Made by a program: the position numbers and the translations under genes
Shown here: piece after piece, positions 9,573 to 21,333 of the stretch
Layout of the letters: every line of letters begins with the position of its first letter
Numbering within the stretch: the first letter of the stretch is position 1
NCBI GenBank assembly: GCA_964470665.1
Contig: CAYYDS010000002.1
Span: 1 to 37,879 of the forward strand
Direction of reading: 5' to 3'
DNA length: 37,879 bases
Source of the DNA: an uncultured Lentimicrobiaceae bacterium
GTDB taxonomy: Bacteria > Bacteroidota > Bacteroidia > Bacteroidales > F082
The notes under the pieces: model-generated
Databases searched by the model: none
Told to the model about the DNA's origin: nothing
The model's input: the letters and a program-made list of their open reading frames with translations, nothing else

Positions 9573-10039
9573 TGTATGATGAAAAAGAAGTTTATCCTTT
9601 ACGGATAGCTGACGGTTACTCAATAAATGGACATGAATTATTTATTGATTATGATTATAGAAAAAGATTAAAAGGTGATTATAGAACATACTATTATTTA
9701 TATCATTCTAATAAAATACGTAGAACTTTAGCAAGAATTTTTCTTAAAAGTGTAGAATTAATTGTTAAAGATATAGTATATAATAATGTTACTTTTAGTA
9801 TACCAGGTAAACGATATAATGGAAAATTATATATTAAACGATTATCTGATGAAAAATTTAAAAAACTCAGACAAAAAGGATTAATGTTAGACGTAGATAT
9901 ATTGGCTACTAATTTTAGCGGTTATCAAATGGTTTTAGAAACTGGAACAAGACATATTCAATCACATAGAATATATATTCCGAGAAAATTAACTGATAAA
10001 ATTACAGAAAATATAAATAACGGTAAATTTTACTTTTAA
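9572..10039 (+). CDS. basic K/R/Y-rich small protein, possible nucleic-acid binding, 155 aa
   Basis: ATG overlaps the previous stop (TAATG). Uninterrupted, no Trp codons, strongly basic. Any HU/IHF-like assignment would be speculation. Confidence 0.7.
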   Translation: MYDEKEVYPLRIADGYSINGHELFIDYDYRKRLKGDYRTYYYLYHSNKIRRTLARIFLKSVELIVKDIVYNNVTFSIPGKRYNGKLYIKRLSDEKFKKLRQKGLMLDVDILATNFSGYQMVLETGTRHIQSHRIYIPRKLTDKITENINNGKFYF

Positions 10040-10040
10040 T

Positions 10041-10664
10041 ATGAAAACAATCGAAGATTATTATGAACAAATGTATGAGTTATTTCCTACTCTTCCTAAA
10101 GAAGATGTAAGAAAAATAATGAGATATGGATGATCTAATTTAATGAGAGCACTTAGTTGAGGTTGTGATATTAATTTAACAAACGGTAGTTCTTTTCATT
10201 TTCATGTAGGACTATTATTTAAACATAGTTTAACTTGAGGTAAAGTATATATTCTGAAATTAGCTAGAAAATTTAGATTTATAGCTAAATTAAAAGATAT
10301 TCCTTGAGATGGATATTATTATTTTACTTTATCTCCAGAAAGACACGAAAAAATATTAAATCAACTAAAAAAAGATGGAACTCTTCATAAAAAGAAGAAA
10401 ATAAATTACGAAAATATAATGGTATATAAGTTAAAAGATGAAGCTATATTAAGAAGTATAGGACAACCTTATCTATATAGAATGAAAAGAATGTTAGATA
10501 TAGGTAATATTTTTTACTTTCCAGAGGTATTTGATAAAAATAAAATTGAATTTATGTATAAAATTGAATTACCTCCAACAATTACATCTAGACTTGTTAC
10601 TAATTATAAATATGAGACATTAGCATGAAAAAAACAGCAATCAACTCCTTTAATGAAGGTTTAA
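10041..10664 (+). CDS. hypothetical protein, 207 aa
   Basis: ATG 10041. Frame 0 passes through five in-frame TGA codons, the last at 10626-10628, to TAA 10662-10664. Absorbs track ORF 10419..10628. The last 12 codons overlap the next gene. If TGA 10626 terminates, the end would be 10628. Confidence 0.65.
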
Positions 10665-13600
10665 ACATAGATGCTTATTCAGTAATGAAAAATAATCAGT
10701 CGTATTCTGATGCTTTAAACGCAACATTGATTACGATGAATGGTGATGATATGGTATTACAAAATGATATGGGTAATATCACAGAACAAGATTGACATTT
10801 AAAAGAAGGATATATCCCCGTAGGAATGAAAGAACACGGGGGTATTCTATATATTGTATCATATAATCCTACAAACGGACATAGTGAGATTGGATCATTT
10901 CCATCTCCATCTACAAGCGAGGAAGATATATTTTCAGACGAAACCCATAGAGATATTGTTGTTGTAAATGATATAACAAACGATTTTGCTAATAAAACAA
11001 GATACGTTTATCAAATTTTTCCTGATAAAAACATATATCCTGGAGATAAATTTAAATTTAAATTTAATGATACAACTAACTCGTTAGCACACGAATTAGA
11101 TTATAATTTAGGTATAGTTACTGAGGATAGTAAAATAGAATTACTAAAATTAGATAAAGATTATACTGTATCTATTAATAATAATGTATATACTTTTGAA
11201 AATCCATTAAATGAGGGTAATTATATTTATTATAAAGGTAGTAAAAAAGGTAGATTAATTTTATTGTTTTCTGTTAAATTATTTGATGATTTTGAATTAC
11301 AGATTACAACTAATAAAGTTGGAAATAATACAACTGTTGAAATAATTTCAAAAGCTGTTCCAGAAAATCTTATTACAAATAATAAATCAGGAATTGTTTA
11401 TTCAAATGGACAAGAAGTTAAATACTCATTGTGTAATAGTGCCCCAAATCTACCAAAATTAACTATAACATCAGTAACAGATGAAACAATAGATTATAAA
11501 CTTTGACCATTTAGAAAATGAGGAGAACAACAAAATTTAACAATTAGTGGTAAAATAAATACAGCTTTAATAAATACCGGAGCATTTGAACAATCTAAAT
11601 GAAAATATAGAATAGCTAATAATACATTATATTTATTATGAGATGCTTCTCATTATCCTAAAGAAGGAAGTATTGCAACATCTTATAATTTTACTTTTTA
11701 CGATCTTTTAAATAATGAAACATTTACAATAAGTTGTTCAAGACAATCTAAAATAAATTGAACTGGAACATTTATTGATCAATTTAAATTAGGACCCCAA
11801 GTAAAAGAAAATACTTGTTATGTTGTAACTCAGACATTTAATACCTCACCGATTACAGTTTTTAATAATATTATATCTACTTTTAATTTATATGATGAGT
11901 CTTTATTTTATAATGAAAATAAAAAAACATATAATACTGAAACACAATCGTTCATATATAATATTAAATCTTCATTTGGTTTAACAAATAATTCATATAC
12001 TGACGAATATATTTATAAAAATATTGGAGCTTCTGAAATTACAAACTTATATGGAAAATATTATGCTACAACACAATATGGTTTAACAGATAATTTAGAA
12101 TTAACTTCTAATAGTAGTTTATTGATTCCATCATTTACTGGAAATTTATTAAATGGATATACAATCAATTCAGTAAATGTTAAAAATGTTGATAGAAAAA
12201 TTATTGGTTCAAACGAAAATATTACACTAATTAATAATAATACATCTATTACAGGAAGTAATATTGATAAAACATATGTTGATGATGAAGATACTTTAAT
12301 TCGAGTTAAAATTACTAATAACGATTTATTAGTTAAAACAACAAACGAAATTAAATCAACATCAATATCAAAACAATTATTATTAACTGGTTATGAATTA
12401 AAACCATATTTTGATTCTCTCGATACTGAGCGAATGAATTATTTATTTGGATTTAATCCATATGGTGCATCTAATCCTCAAATAAAATTAGTATGAACTT
12501 TAAGAAATCACGGATATAAAAAAGCATACGATGGTATTTCTTATTATATAGATCATTCTCAGTTTTGAGCAGAATTACAAGAATGACAATATGATGAAAT
12601 CAGTAAAGATTTAACATCTAGTAGAGTAACAAATACTTTTCTTTCTGGAGAAATAGGAAATGGTTATAAAGATTCTGATTTTGATAAAATTTTAGGATTA
12701 TATATTAGTAAATATGCATCTGTACCAAGAATATTATTTATTAGTTCTTTAGAAACTTCAGAATCATTACCAAATATAGATGTTAATAAAAGAGCAACTA
12801 GATCATCTTTATTTAATTATGGTTCACAGAGTCCTTATTTTCGATTATCTGGTAATGATTTAACAGCATTAACACCATACAGAGATTGAGTTGGTATTCA
12901 ATGAAAAACTAATAGTAAAAATAATTCTAGTTATGGTACATTTAATAAATTTTATAAACGTAATCATAATTTAGATTATTCTGGTACTTCTGGAAGTAGT
13001 ATTTATAAAATAGGAACATCTAAATTAATCACAGTATTAGATAAATTCTTTTCAACAATATATGTTGGACAACCAAATAGTGTAACGGTTACTAAGTATG
13101 TTCCAAAAAATACAATATATAATCAACAATATGATTTAGAAATCAAATTAAATATTACTACTAATGCTTTAATAGATATTACTTTAAAATATGATGATGT
13201 TGAAATAAAATCAAAGCTTCATTCTGCAATAGACGCATTAACATTAACAAATGAAGTTAAAACTACATTAAAACAATATGTAACTACAATGTTTACTTAT
13301 AATACTACACTTGATTCACAAAATACAGAATTTACATTTAACCATAAAACAAACGATATAGTATCAAAAGCTAATGATTTTCATAATGTTTCGCTAACTA
13401 ATAAAAATAATGTTTGATTTAAAACTGAAAATAATGAATTAATCTTAGAAGATGATCAAAATAATTTACTAAATAAATCATCAGCATATATATTAGATAG
13501 TAATCGTTTAAAAAAATTAAATAAATATGATAGACATTCTATTTCTGATGAAGTATATAAATTAAATTTTGCTTTTGATGTTGTTCAAATAAACGATTAT

Positions 13601-13741
13601 CAAGAATTACTATTAGATACTAGTGGATTAACTACGGAAAGTTATATGGTTACTGATTGTGTAACTAGTTATTTATCTCCACCTATTAGTGAACAGTTAG
13701 CAGATGCTGCTAAAATAACAACTTATAAAATTATAAATTAA
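10625..13741 (+). CDS. large tail structural protein, 1038 aa
   Basis: ATG 10625 within an ATGA junction. Frame 2 joins track ORFs 10826..11506 and 12122..12496 through about 12 TGA codons. I read both gaps and found no TAA/TAG. TAA 13739-13741. The N-terminus (NEGLNIDAYS...GGILYIVSYNPTNGHSEIGSF) resembles large phage tail/propeller-like proteins from memory only. Confidence 0.8.
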
Positions 13742-13742
13742 T

Positions 13743-16700
13743 ATGGCAACTTTTACTATAACTAATGGAGCATCATGAGAAAATCCTATTTTTAAATTAT
13801 CCGATTTACGGATATATTTAGAAAGAAAAGACTTATGTAATTATCCTATTAGTGGATTATTAGTAAATAAATATCGTCCATTTAATAATTTACGTAAATC
13901 TTCTGGAGAAATTGTTGAATTTAATACTAATAAATTAGATTTTGATATTACATCTCCAGTTGATATAACAATACAACCCTCTTATGATGGAACTGTTAAT
14001 TTAATATTAAATGATGATAAGAATAAACCACGATTAATTAATTCTAGATTTACAGTTTTAGAAAACAATCAATATTCTATTATTGATAGAGATGGTAATA
14101 ATGATACTAATATATATAATGATGATACTTTAGAAAATGAAGTATCTTTATATAAACAAAGTATCGCTATTCCTGATGTTTACTTTTTAGGATTGGCTCC
14201 AAATGGTAATATGAAAGTAGGAAATTATGTATTTTATTTTAAATACGTAGATGATGATGGAAATGAAACAGATTTTATTGAAGAATCTGGAATTGTGAGT
14301 TGTTTTATTGGTGAGTCACCAAGATCAATTAGAGGAGGAATTGATAACGAAAATAGTTTTAAATCTATATTATTTAGAATATTAAATTGTGATGCTAACT
14401 ATAATCAAATTAATGTTTATTATACAAGATCTACTTCTTCTGAAATAAGTGATGAAATAACAACAGCATATAAAATAAATAAATCTTATTCTGTTGTTAA
14501 TAGTAACTGTAATATTACAATAAGTGGTTATGAATCAATTACTCCTTTATCTATTAATGATATTAATTTACAATATAATATTGTAGATAAAGTTAAATCA
14601 CAAGAACAATTACAAAATGTTTTATTCTTCGCAAATACTAGTCAGGCTGAAATTGATTATGTAGAATTAGAAGATTTATCTTTACGCATACTACCAAAAG
14701 TAGTAATATCAGATGTTGAATTATCTTTAAATGTTGATTATATTAATACAGAAGGTTATTATAATCCAACTAATATATATTATAATTTAGGTTATTGAAA
14801 TTATGAAATATATCGTTTTGGGATAGTATATATTTTAAAAAATAATACACTTTCACCTGTATTTAATATTAGAGGTAGAAATGATTTAACAACTAATTCT
14901 GAGTATACTGCTTTTGCTTTAAAAGATTCAAATGAAAATAGACAATATATTGAATTAACAGACGATGGTCTAATTCATGGACAATATCCTTTAGAAAATT
15001 CTTTCGGAGTTGTTAGATTAAATCAATCTAATGTTGAAATAGATGATATATTAGGAATTAATTTTGAAATATCTAAAGAAGTATTAACAGAATTAAATAA
15101 ATACGTTAATGGTTATTTCTTTGTAAGACAAAAAAGAATACCTAGTATTTTATCTCAAGCTTTAGTTATTGGTTATGATAATGAATCAAAATTACCAGTA
15201 ATTCCTTTTAATGATAATAAATATTATATTGAAAGTTTTTTAAATAGTGATCAAACACTATCTCATAATTTTTCAGAACATAAACATGAGGTTAAAAAAC
15301 CATCTGCTTCTACAGCAATTTGTCCAGATTATACACTAAATCGTTTATTTTTAGATAATTATTTTACTGGAGACAAAATTAAAATTAGATATTCTGATCA
15401 TCAACCATCATCTAATAATCCTATAACTGTTGGTTATACTGATAGATTATTTATGATTGAAAATTATAATATTTCAACAGATGATATTTTTCAAACTATT
15501 CATATAAAAGGAGTTTCTGAAGATACTTCTATTTGTATGTTAAACAATATGGAGTTTAAAAGCAGAGCTGGTGAAAGGGAACAAGTTGATTTATTTGAAT
15601 ATATTAATAACGAATCTATTGATTCAAAGACAAACAATATTGTTAGAGGTTCATTTAATTCTTATTTAGGTTTGTCTAAATATTATGGAACTTTATTAAA
15701 GTTTATAGACATTTATGTTCCTGGATATGATTTAAAATATATGAATAATTATTTTACTGAAAGACAAAATGATAGTTCACCATATTATGCTATAAGTAAA
15801 CGAACAAAATTAGTTATTCCAGTAAACAATAATTCAATTACATACGATTGTTATCGAGGAGATTGTTTTATATGTAATTATACACATAGAATGAATTGAA
15901 ATTTTCAAGATCCTGAAACTCCTATTAACGATAGAATATTAAAACCATATTCTTGAAAAGAGAATTATGTAAAAGGCGATAATGAAAAAATAGCTAAAAT
16001 AAATAGAGCTGATATAAATGCTGTAAATTTAGGACATTGAATTACTTTTAAAGTAAGAAGTTCTAATAATATTTCTTTACGTTGTGAAGATATATCAAAT
16101 CCTGCAGAAGAAGCAGTAAACGGACATCCAAGAACATTTTATCCATATCGTGAAGTATCAGCAAGTTCAGCATATAATGTTCCAGAATCATATGTATTAA
16201 ATAAAGGATATAATTCTACTACTTCCGATAGATATAACGTAATGTTACCTCGTGTACCTTATTTGAAGAATTATTTTCATACTAGAATTTCATACTCTAA
16301 TGTTGCAATAACAGATGCTTTCGATAATGGATTTAGAACATTTAGAGGTACAGCTTATAGAGATTATCCGATTAATTATGGAGGAATTACTAAGATAGTT
16401 TCTTGGTTTAATTCACTCATTTGTGTATTTGAACACGCAGTTGGTATAATTCCAGTAAACGAAAGATTGCTTTCCGCCCAAGGTGTTGGTGGGAATGTCT
16501 ATATTAACACTCAAAATCTGCTCGCAGAGAACGTAACTATTATCAATGATACCTTTGGTAGTCAGTGAGCAAATTCTGTCATTAAAACGCCAAATTTTAT
16601 TTATGGTATAGATACCACAAATAAGAAAATATGACGAACAAATGGTACAAGTTTTGAAACTATATCTGATTTATCTGTTCAAAAGTTTCTTAACGATAAC

Positions 16701-18224
16701 ATTACTTTACAAAATAATGAATTAACTACTATTATCGGAATACGAGATGTATCTACTCATTATAATAAAACCAAAGGAGATGTGATGTTTACTTTTTATG
16801 ATACTTTATCAACTAATAAATACAATGTTACATTAGAAGAAAAAGTATGACATCTTTGTTATAATGAATTATTAAAAAAGTGAATTACTTTTTACTCGTG
16901 AGTTCCGTTATTATCTTCTAATATTTATAATTACTTTTATTCTTTTGATAGAGAACAAAGTAAGAATTTATCATACTTATATTTACAAAATCCTAATATC
17001 TACTTAGATACAATAAATAGGATATTATTAAATAGTAATAATAAAATAACAAATAATAGATTTTATCATCAAAATTATGTTATAGATCCAGAAAGTACTG
17101 ATAATGAGTTAATTTATAGAAAAGATATTAATAATACTATTAGTTATACTTTTGAATCAGATTTTGAAGATAATTATAAGAAAGTAAAATTTGATAAAAA
17201 TACTGGTTGTATTGTATTTAGAGACGGAGAAAGTGGTGATAATTTAAGATTAATTATAACGGTTAAAAATAATAACGGATCTCCTTTTTCCTCAACTGTT
17301 TTATTTAATAAAACAGATATACAATTATCTTTATATAAACATGGAGGATTAAATAATAAACCATCTAACTGATATGGTAAACAACATCCTTTTGAGATAG
17401 AATTTACAGTAATTGATGCTGAAAGTATACACAAAATATTTGAAACAATGAATATTATTTCAAATAAAGTTGCTCCCGAATCATTTCATTATAAATTACT
17501 AGGTGAACAATTATCTTTTAATCACGAATTACCAACAATGTTTTGGAGACAAGAAGCGTGAAATAATATATTACAATTAAATGGTAAAAATTTAATATAT
17601 AATAAATATTATGAACAAATGAATGTTCCTATTCAAGAAGAAGGTATTGTAAGATCTACAATTTTTCCATTATATTATTTTAATTTTCAACCATACGATG
17701 TGGTATATAATAATTATCAACTAAAGACAGACAATCCTATATATAATTATGCTAATTTATCTGGAACAAATATTAGTTTTGATGGTAAATACTTTTATTT
17801 AAACGTACACTGTTTAGCTGTTGATGCGGCAGTACATGGTAGATTAAGAGGAAATATTCATTATAAAAATGATTATTGATCTGTTCAAATACCAAGTATT
17901 AATTTTGTACAAAGTAATGAAAGTAGTTGAAGTATAGGAAATAGTACTAAATTACCAACATTATATACAAGATTATGTAATGTACCATATAGTAGCCATA
18001 GTAATGAAAATACTTTAAACATTACAAAATTACCTAAAAAATTAACAGAAATGGGATATAGTATTAATCCATTAAAAGGATTTAATATAAATGATGATTG
18101 AAATATTGATACAAAAAGATATGAGTGTAATATTAGAGACAAATATTTAAAAGTAAGATTAAGATATGATGGAAGTAAATTAACATTTATTTCTGCGATA
18201 ATAACAACATTTAATACGATTTAA
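13743..18224 (+). CDS. very large tail protein, possibly P22 gp10 / 'stabilisation protein'-like, 1493 aa
   Basis: ATG 13743. Frame 0 joins track ORFs 14193, 15453, 16242 and 17619 through about 15 TGA codons; all gaps read with no TAA/TAG. TAA 18222-18224. Motifs QPSYDGTVNLILNDDKNKPRLINSRF, GNYVFYFKYVDDDGNETDF and GYFFVRQKRIPSIL match my recollection of stabilisation-type tail proteins of Bacteroidota phages (unverified). Confidence 0.8.
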
Positions 18225-18226
18225 TT

Positions 18227-20284
18227 ATGTCACAAGATAATCAACATTCTTTTGCAAAACTTAGTCAAGAAAATAGACAGAAATATTTTAAAATATTACA
18301 AAAATTATCTAAACCGTACACATCTTATAGTGGTGATGTTTCAGAGTTTTTAAATCAATTTCCTGAATATATAAATAATCCGTCAAAAGCTTGACAGGAT
18401 ATACGAACTTATTTTAGTGATTTAATTCCACAGAGTAATAATCCACTTAATCCAACACCAACTCTTCATAATTCAATTTCAAGTTTAACGGATACAAATA
18501 ATCAATCTTCAACAAATCAACAAAATATAAATATAACCAAAAATATTAATTCAAATTTAACAGTAAATGACTCACCAACATATGCGTCAGGCACAAATTC
18601 AAATATTTTTATTCCAATACCAGAGATTTTGTTAAATATAAACCCAAATAAAAACATTATAGAAGAACCATCGTCTTTTGATTTTATGAGTATACCATTA
18701 AAGACTGATTCAAATATTGTCTCTTTAACAAATGATAAACCAAAAAACGATTTTAATTCTTTTACAGTAAATCTTAATCCTGGTTTTAAAGTTCCTAGTT
18801 CTACAGCAAATACAAATTTTAATAATATAGAGTATCGAAAAATGCGTTGAGATAGTAATAGTTCATTACCAAAAATTACACCTATTACTCCACCAACTAC
18901 GTTATCTCAGACAATTGTAGCAACAAACTCTGCTATAAAATCAGGAAAAGATTTACTCAAAGAATTAAAAAATGCTAAAAGTGCTGACGCAGCTAAATCT
19001 GCTGACGCAGCTAAATCTGCTAAAGCAGAAATGCGAAATGCATTAGGTGGAATGGCTATAGGAGCAGCTACTAGCATATTAGATTCTGTTCATGACACAA
19101 CTATTGATAATAGTAATAGTAAACTATCTAATCAAATATATGATCAAATTACTAATCAGGTTGCTATGTTAGGTCCCTGAGGAATGGCTGGAGCCGCAGC
19201 AATGCAAGCCATACAACACACAGGAGGAAATGTAGATGCTTCAGAGGGATTAGGTACTGGTAATGATATAGGTAATTTTGTTATGAGTATGATACCTGGT
19301 GCTGGTTATTTTGTTCCTCGTACTACAAAATATACGGTTAATCCTGAATTAGAAAGAGCTTCTGGTTTTTCTGGAACAGCTTCTGACGCTAGAACAGCAG
19401 TAAGTAATGCTGGAGGTAATATCTTATTTGGTAGACAACAAGCAGAAGAAAATATTCAACAAGCAATGCGAGATGAAAAATATATATCAAATCTAACTAG
19501 ACGAAATAAAAATTTACAATCTCAAACAGGATCTTATGAAATTAGAAATAGAATAGCTAGACAAGGAGGAATGAGTAATGTAGCAGTTGGTAAACAAGGT
19601 ATGAAAATTAAATCTAAACCTGTTCAACAAAACGAATATGTTACTTTTTATAAATCATTACCTGCAAATTTACAGACAAATTCTGGGTTTAATATGTACG
19701 AATATTGAAATGATTTAGGAAAACCTAAAAATTTCAGTTTAATAAAAGATTATTTTAAAATAGTTAACAACAAATATGAACCATATAGTACTAATTTTAT
19801 AGATGGTAAATATAAATGATATGTTGATCCAAAATCTGAGAAATTTACAAATGAAGTAAATTGATATAATTCTGATGATCCAGAAGCTGTTTCATTTAGA
19901 AATGATGGATGAAGAATAAACAATATGGATAATCAATATTATTATATGTTGGATCTACCTATATATAAAGAAGGAGGAGCAATAAATGTTTTACCCGATG
20001 GTGCGTTACACGCTAGATTACACAATATGGATATAGAAGGAATAACCAAAAAAGGAATACCTGTTGTGGATAATGATAATAATCAACAAGCCGAAATCGA
20101 AAGAGAAGAATGAGTAATTCATAAAGAATTTACGGATTATTTAGAAAAGGCTTATAAAGAATGTAAAAAGTGCAAAGAAAAAGAAAAAATAAATAAATGA
20201 ATAGAAGTAGGAAAAAGAGTTGTTGAAGAACTTCTATTTAATACTCAAGATAACGTATCATTAATCGAAAAAATAGAAGTATAA
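18227..20284 (+). CDS. internal/ejected-protein-like protein with Gly/Ala-rich hydrophobic segments, 685 aa
   Basis: ATG 18227. Frame 2 joins track ORFs 18629, 19184 and 19925 through about 9 TGA codons. TAA 20282-20284. Hydrophobic G/A-rich stretches (ALGGMAIGAATSIL, GPWGMAGAAAMQAI, FVMSMIPGAGYFVP). C-terminal motif YKEGGAINVLPDGALHARLHNM. Confidence 0.8.
18983..19018 (+). repeat. 2 x 18-nt perfect in-frame tandem repeat GCTGACGCAGCTAAATCT (ADAAKS x2)
   Basis: Copies at 18983-19000 and 19001-19018, followed by a partial copy (gctaaagca). Confidence 0.9.
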
Positions 20285-20862
20285 TGGAATTAGAAGTAAA
20301 CGGAAAAGAATACGATGTTAAGGTAGCTAAAACAGACGAAGAAAGAGAAAAAGGTTTATCTGATATTAAAAGTTTACCAAAAGATGAAGGAATGTTATTT
20401 GTATTTGATACTCCAGAAGAAGTATCTTTTTGAATGAAAGATACACTTATTCCATTAGATATTATATTTATAGACAAAAATAAAAAAGTAATAAGAACGT
20501 ATGCCGGTATTCCTAATGATGAAACTTTTTTAACAGAAGATAATGTATTATATGTTTTAGAAGTAAATATTAATTCAGGCATAATTAGTGGTGATGAAAT
20601 AGAATTTGAATTAGATGAAGAATCCGATGATGATAATAAATATGTTTTAAAAATATTAAATCAAGATGGATCTGTTCAAATGAACTTAGAAGGAGGAGAA
20701 AGAATTTTTAGTAGAAAACATTCAAAACGAATTATAGAGTTAGCTAAAAAAGCTGATCTATCTAAATCAGATAAAGATTACAGATCATTAGGAAGAACTA
20801 TTTTAAAGTATATTGATATTCAAGAAAATGCCGATCCCGAATATGTAGATATTAAAAAATAG
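20284..20862 (+). CDS. DUF192-domain protein with acidic/basic C-terminal extension, 192 aa
   Basis: ATG overlaps the previous stop (TAATG). N-terminal ~105 aa carry the DUF192 (COG1430) pattern: EREKGLSD...DEGMLFVF...FWMKDTLIPLDIIFID...YVLEVN...GDEIEF. The W of FWMK is TGA 20431-20433. TAG stop 20860-20862. Confidence 0.8.
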
Positions 20863-20898
20863 AGATTATATATCATTATTCAAACATATATTTATAAT

Positions 20899-20952
20899 TT
20901 TGGTAATTAGGAAAATACTTGTTACCTTTGTAATTAATGATAAATGTTTAAT
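20899..20952 (+). promoter_or_regulatory. Bacteroidota-type promoter P2: TTTG-N20-TACCTTTG plus AATGTTTAAT box
   Basis: TTTG 20899-20902, 20-nt spacer, TAnnTTTG 20923-20930, 12 nt, AATGTTTAAT 20943-20952. Same spacings as P1. Lies in the 132-nt non-coding gap before gene 20995. Confidence 0.6.
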
Positions 20953-20994
20953 GAAACATAGATTATTGCAATAATTATTTAATCTAAAAACAAA

Positions 20995-21270
20995 ATGAAT
21001 TTAATTCCAACCGAAAAAGTTACAAAAGTTAGGAAAAATCAACAGGGTGGACAAATGCCTGCTCAACCAGCACAAGGTGGACAACCAGAACAAGATCCAA
21101 TGATGATAATTCTTCAAGGTGCTGAACAAGCGTTACAATCTAAGAATTGTGAACAAGCATTACAAGTTTGCGGAGCATTGTTAGAAATAGCACAAGGAGC
21201 TCAACAGGAACAACCACAAGGAGAACCTGTTTATAAAAAAGGTGGCAAACTAGTTAAACGCCTTTCTTAA
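20995..21270 (+). CDS. small Q/G/P/A/E-rich protein with basic termini, 91 aa (probably abundant)
   Basis: ATG 20995, TAA 21268-21270. Bracketed by P2 and a terminator. Composition unlike the N/K/I/D-rich neighbours. No Trp codons. C-terminus YKKGGKLVKRLS. Confidence 0.75.
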   Translation: MNLIPTEKVTKVRKNQQGGQMPAQPAQGGQPEQDPMMIILQGAEQALQSKNCEQALQVCGALLEIAQGAQQEQPQGEPVYKKGGKLVKRLS

Positions 21271-21292
21271 TTTTTATTTATTAATTTAAGAT

Positions 21293-21321
21293 AAGGGCAT
21301 TTTTTTAAGATGCCCTTTTTT
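21293..21321 (+). terminator. intrinsic terminator hairpin after the 91-aa gene
   Basis: AAGGGCAT 21293-21300 pairs with ATGCCCTT 21310-21317. 9-nt loop, then a T run. The ATG at 21310 used by the ORF track lies inside this hairpin. Confidence 0.75.
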
Positions 21322-21333
21322 ATTGAACATATT

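Noticed and set aside
9572-10039. Calling the basic 155-aa protein an IHF/HU homologue (crAss-like phages carry one near the tail genes)
   Set aside because: There is only a vague resemblance around VTFSIPGKRYNGKLYIKR. I cannot align the HU/IHF signature by eye, so it is left as a basic hypothetical protein.
21310-21333. ATG 21310 as the start of the 1246-aa gene (as in the ORF track)
   Set aside because: This ATG is inside the right arm of the terminator hairpin of the preceding gene. ATG 21334 (MAHIRKYQEG...) lies just downstream and is the more plausible start.
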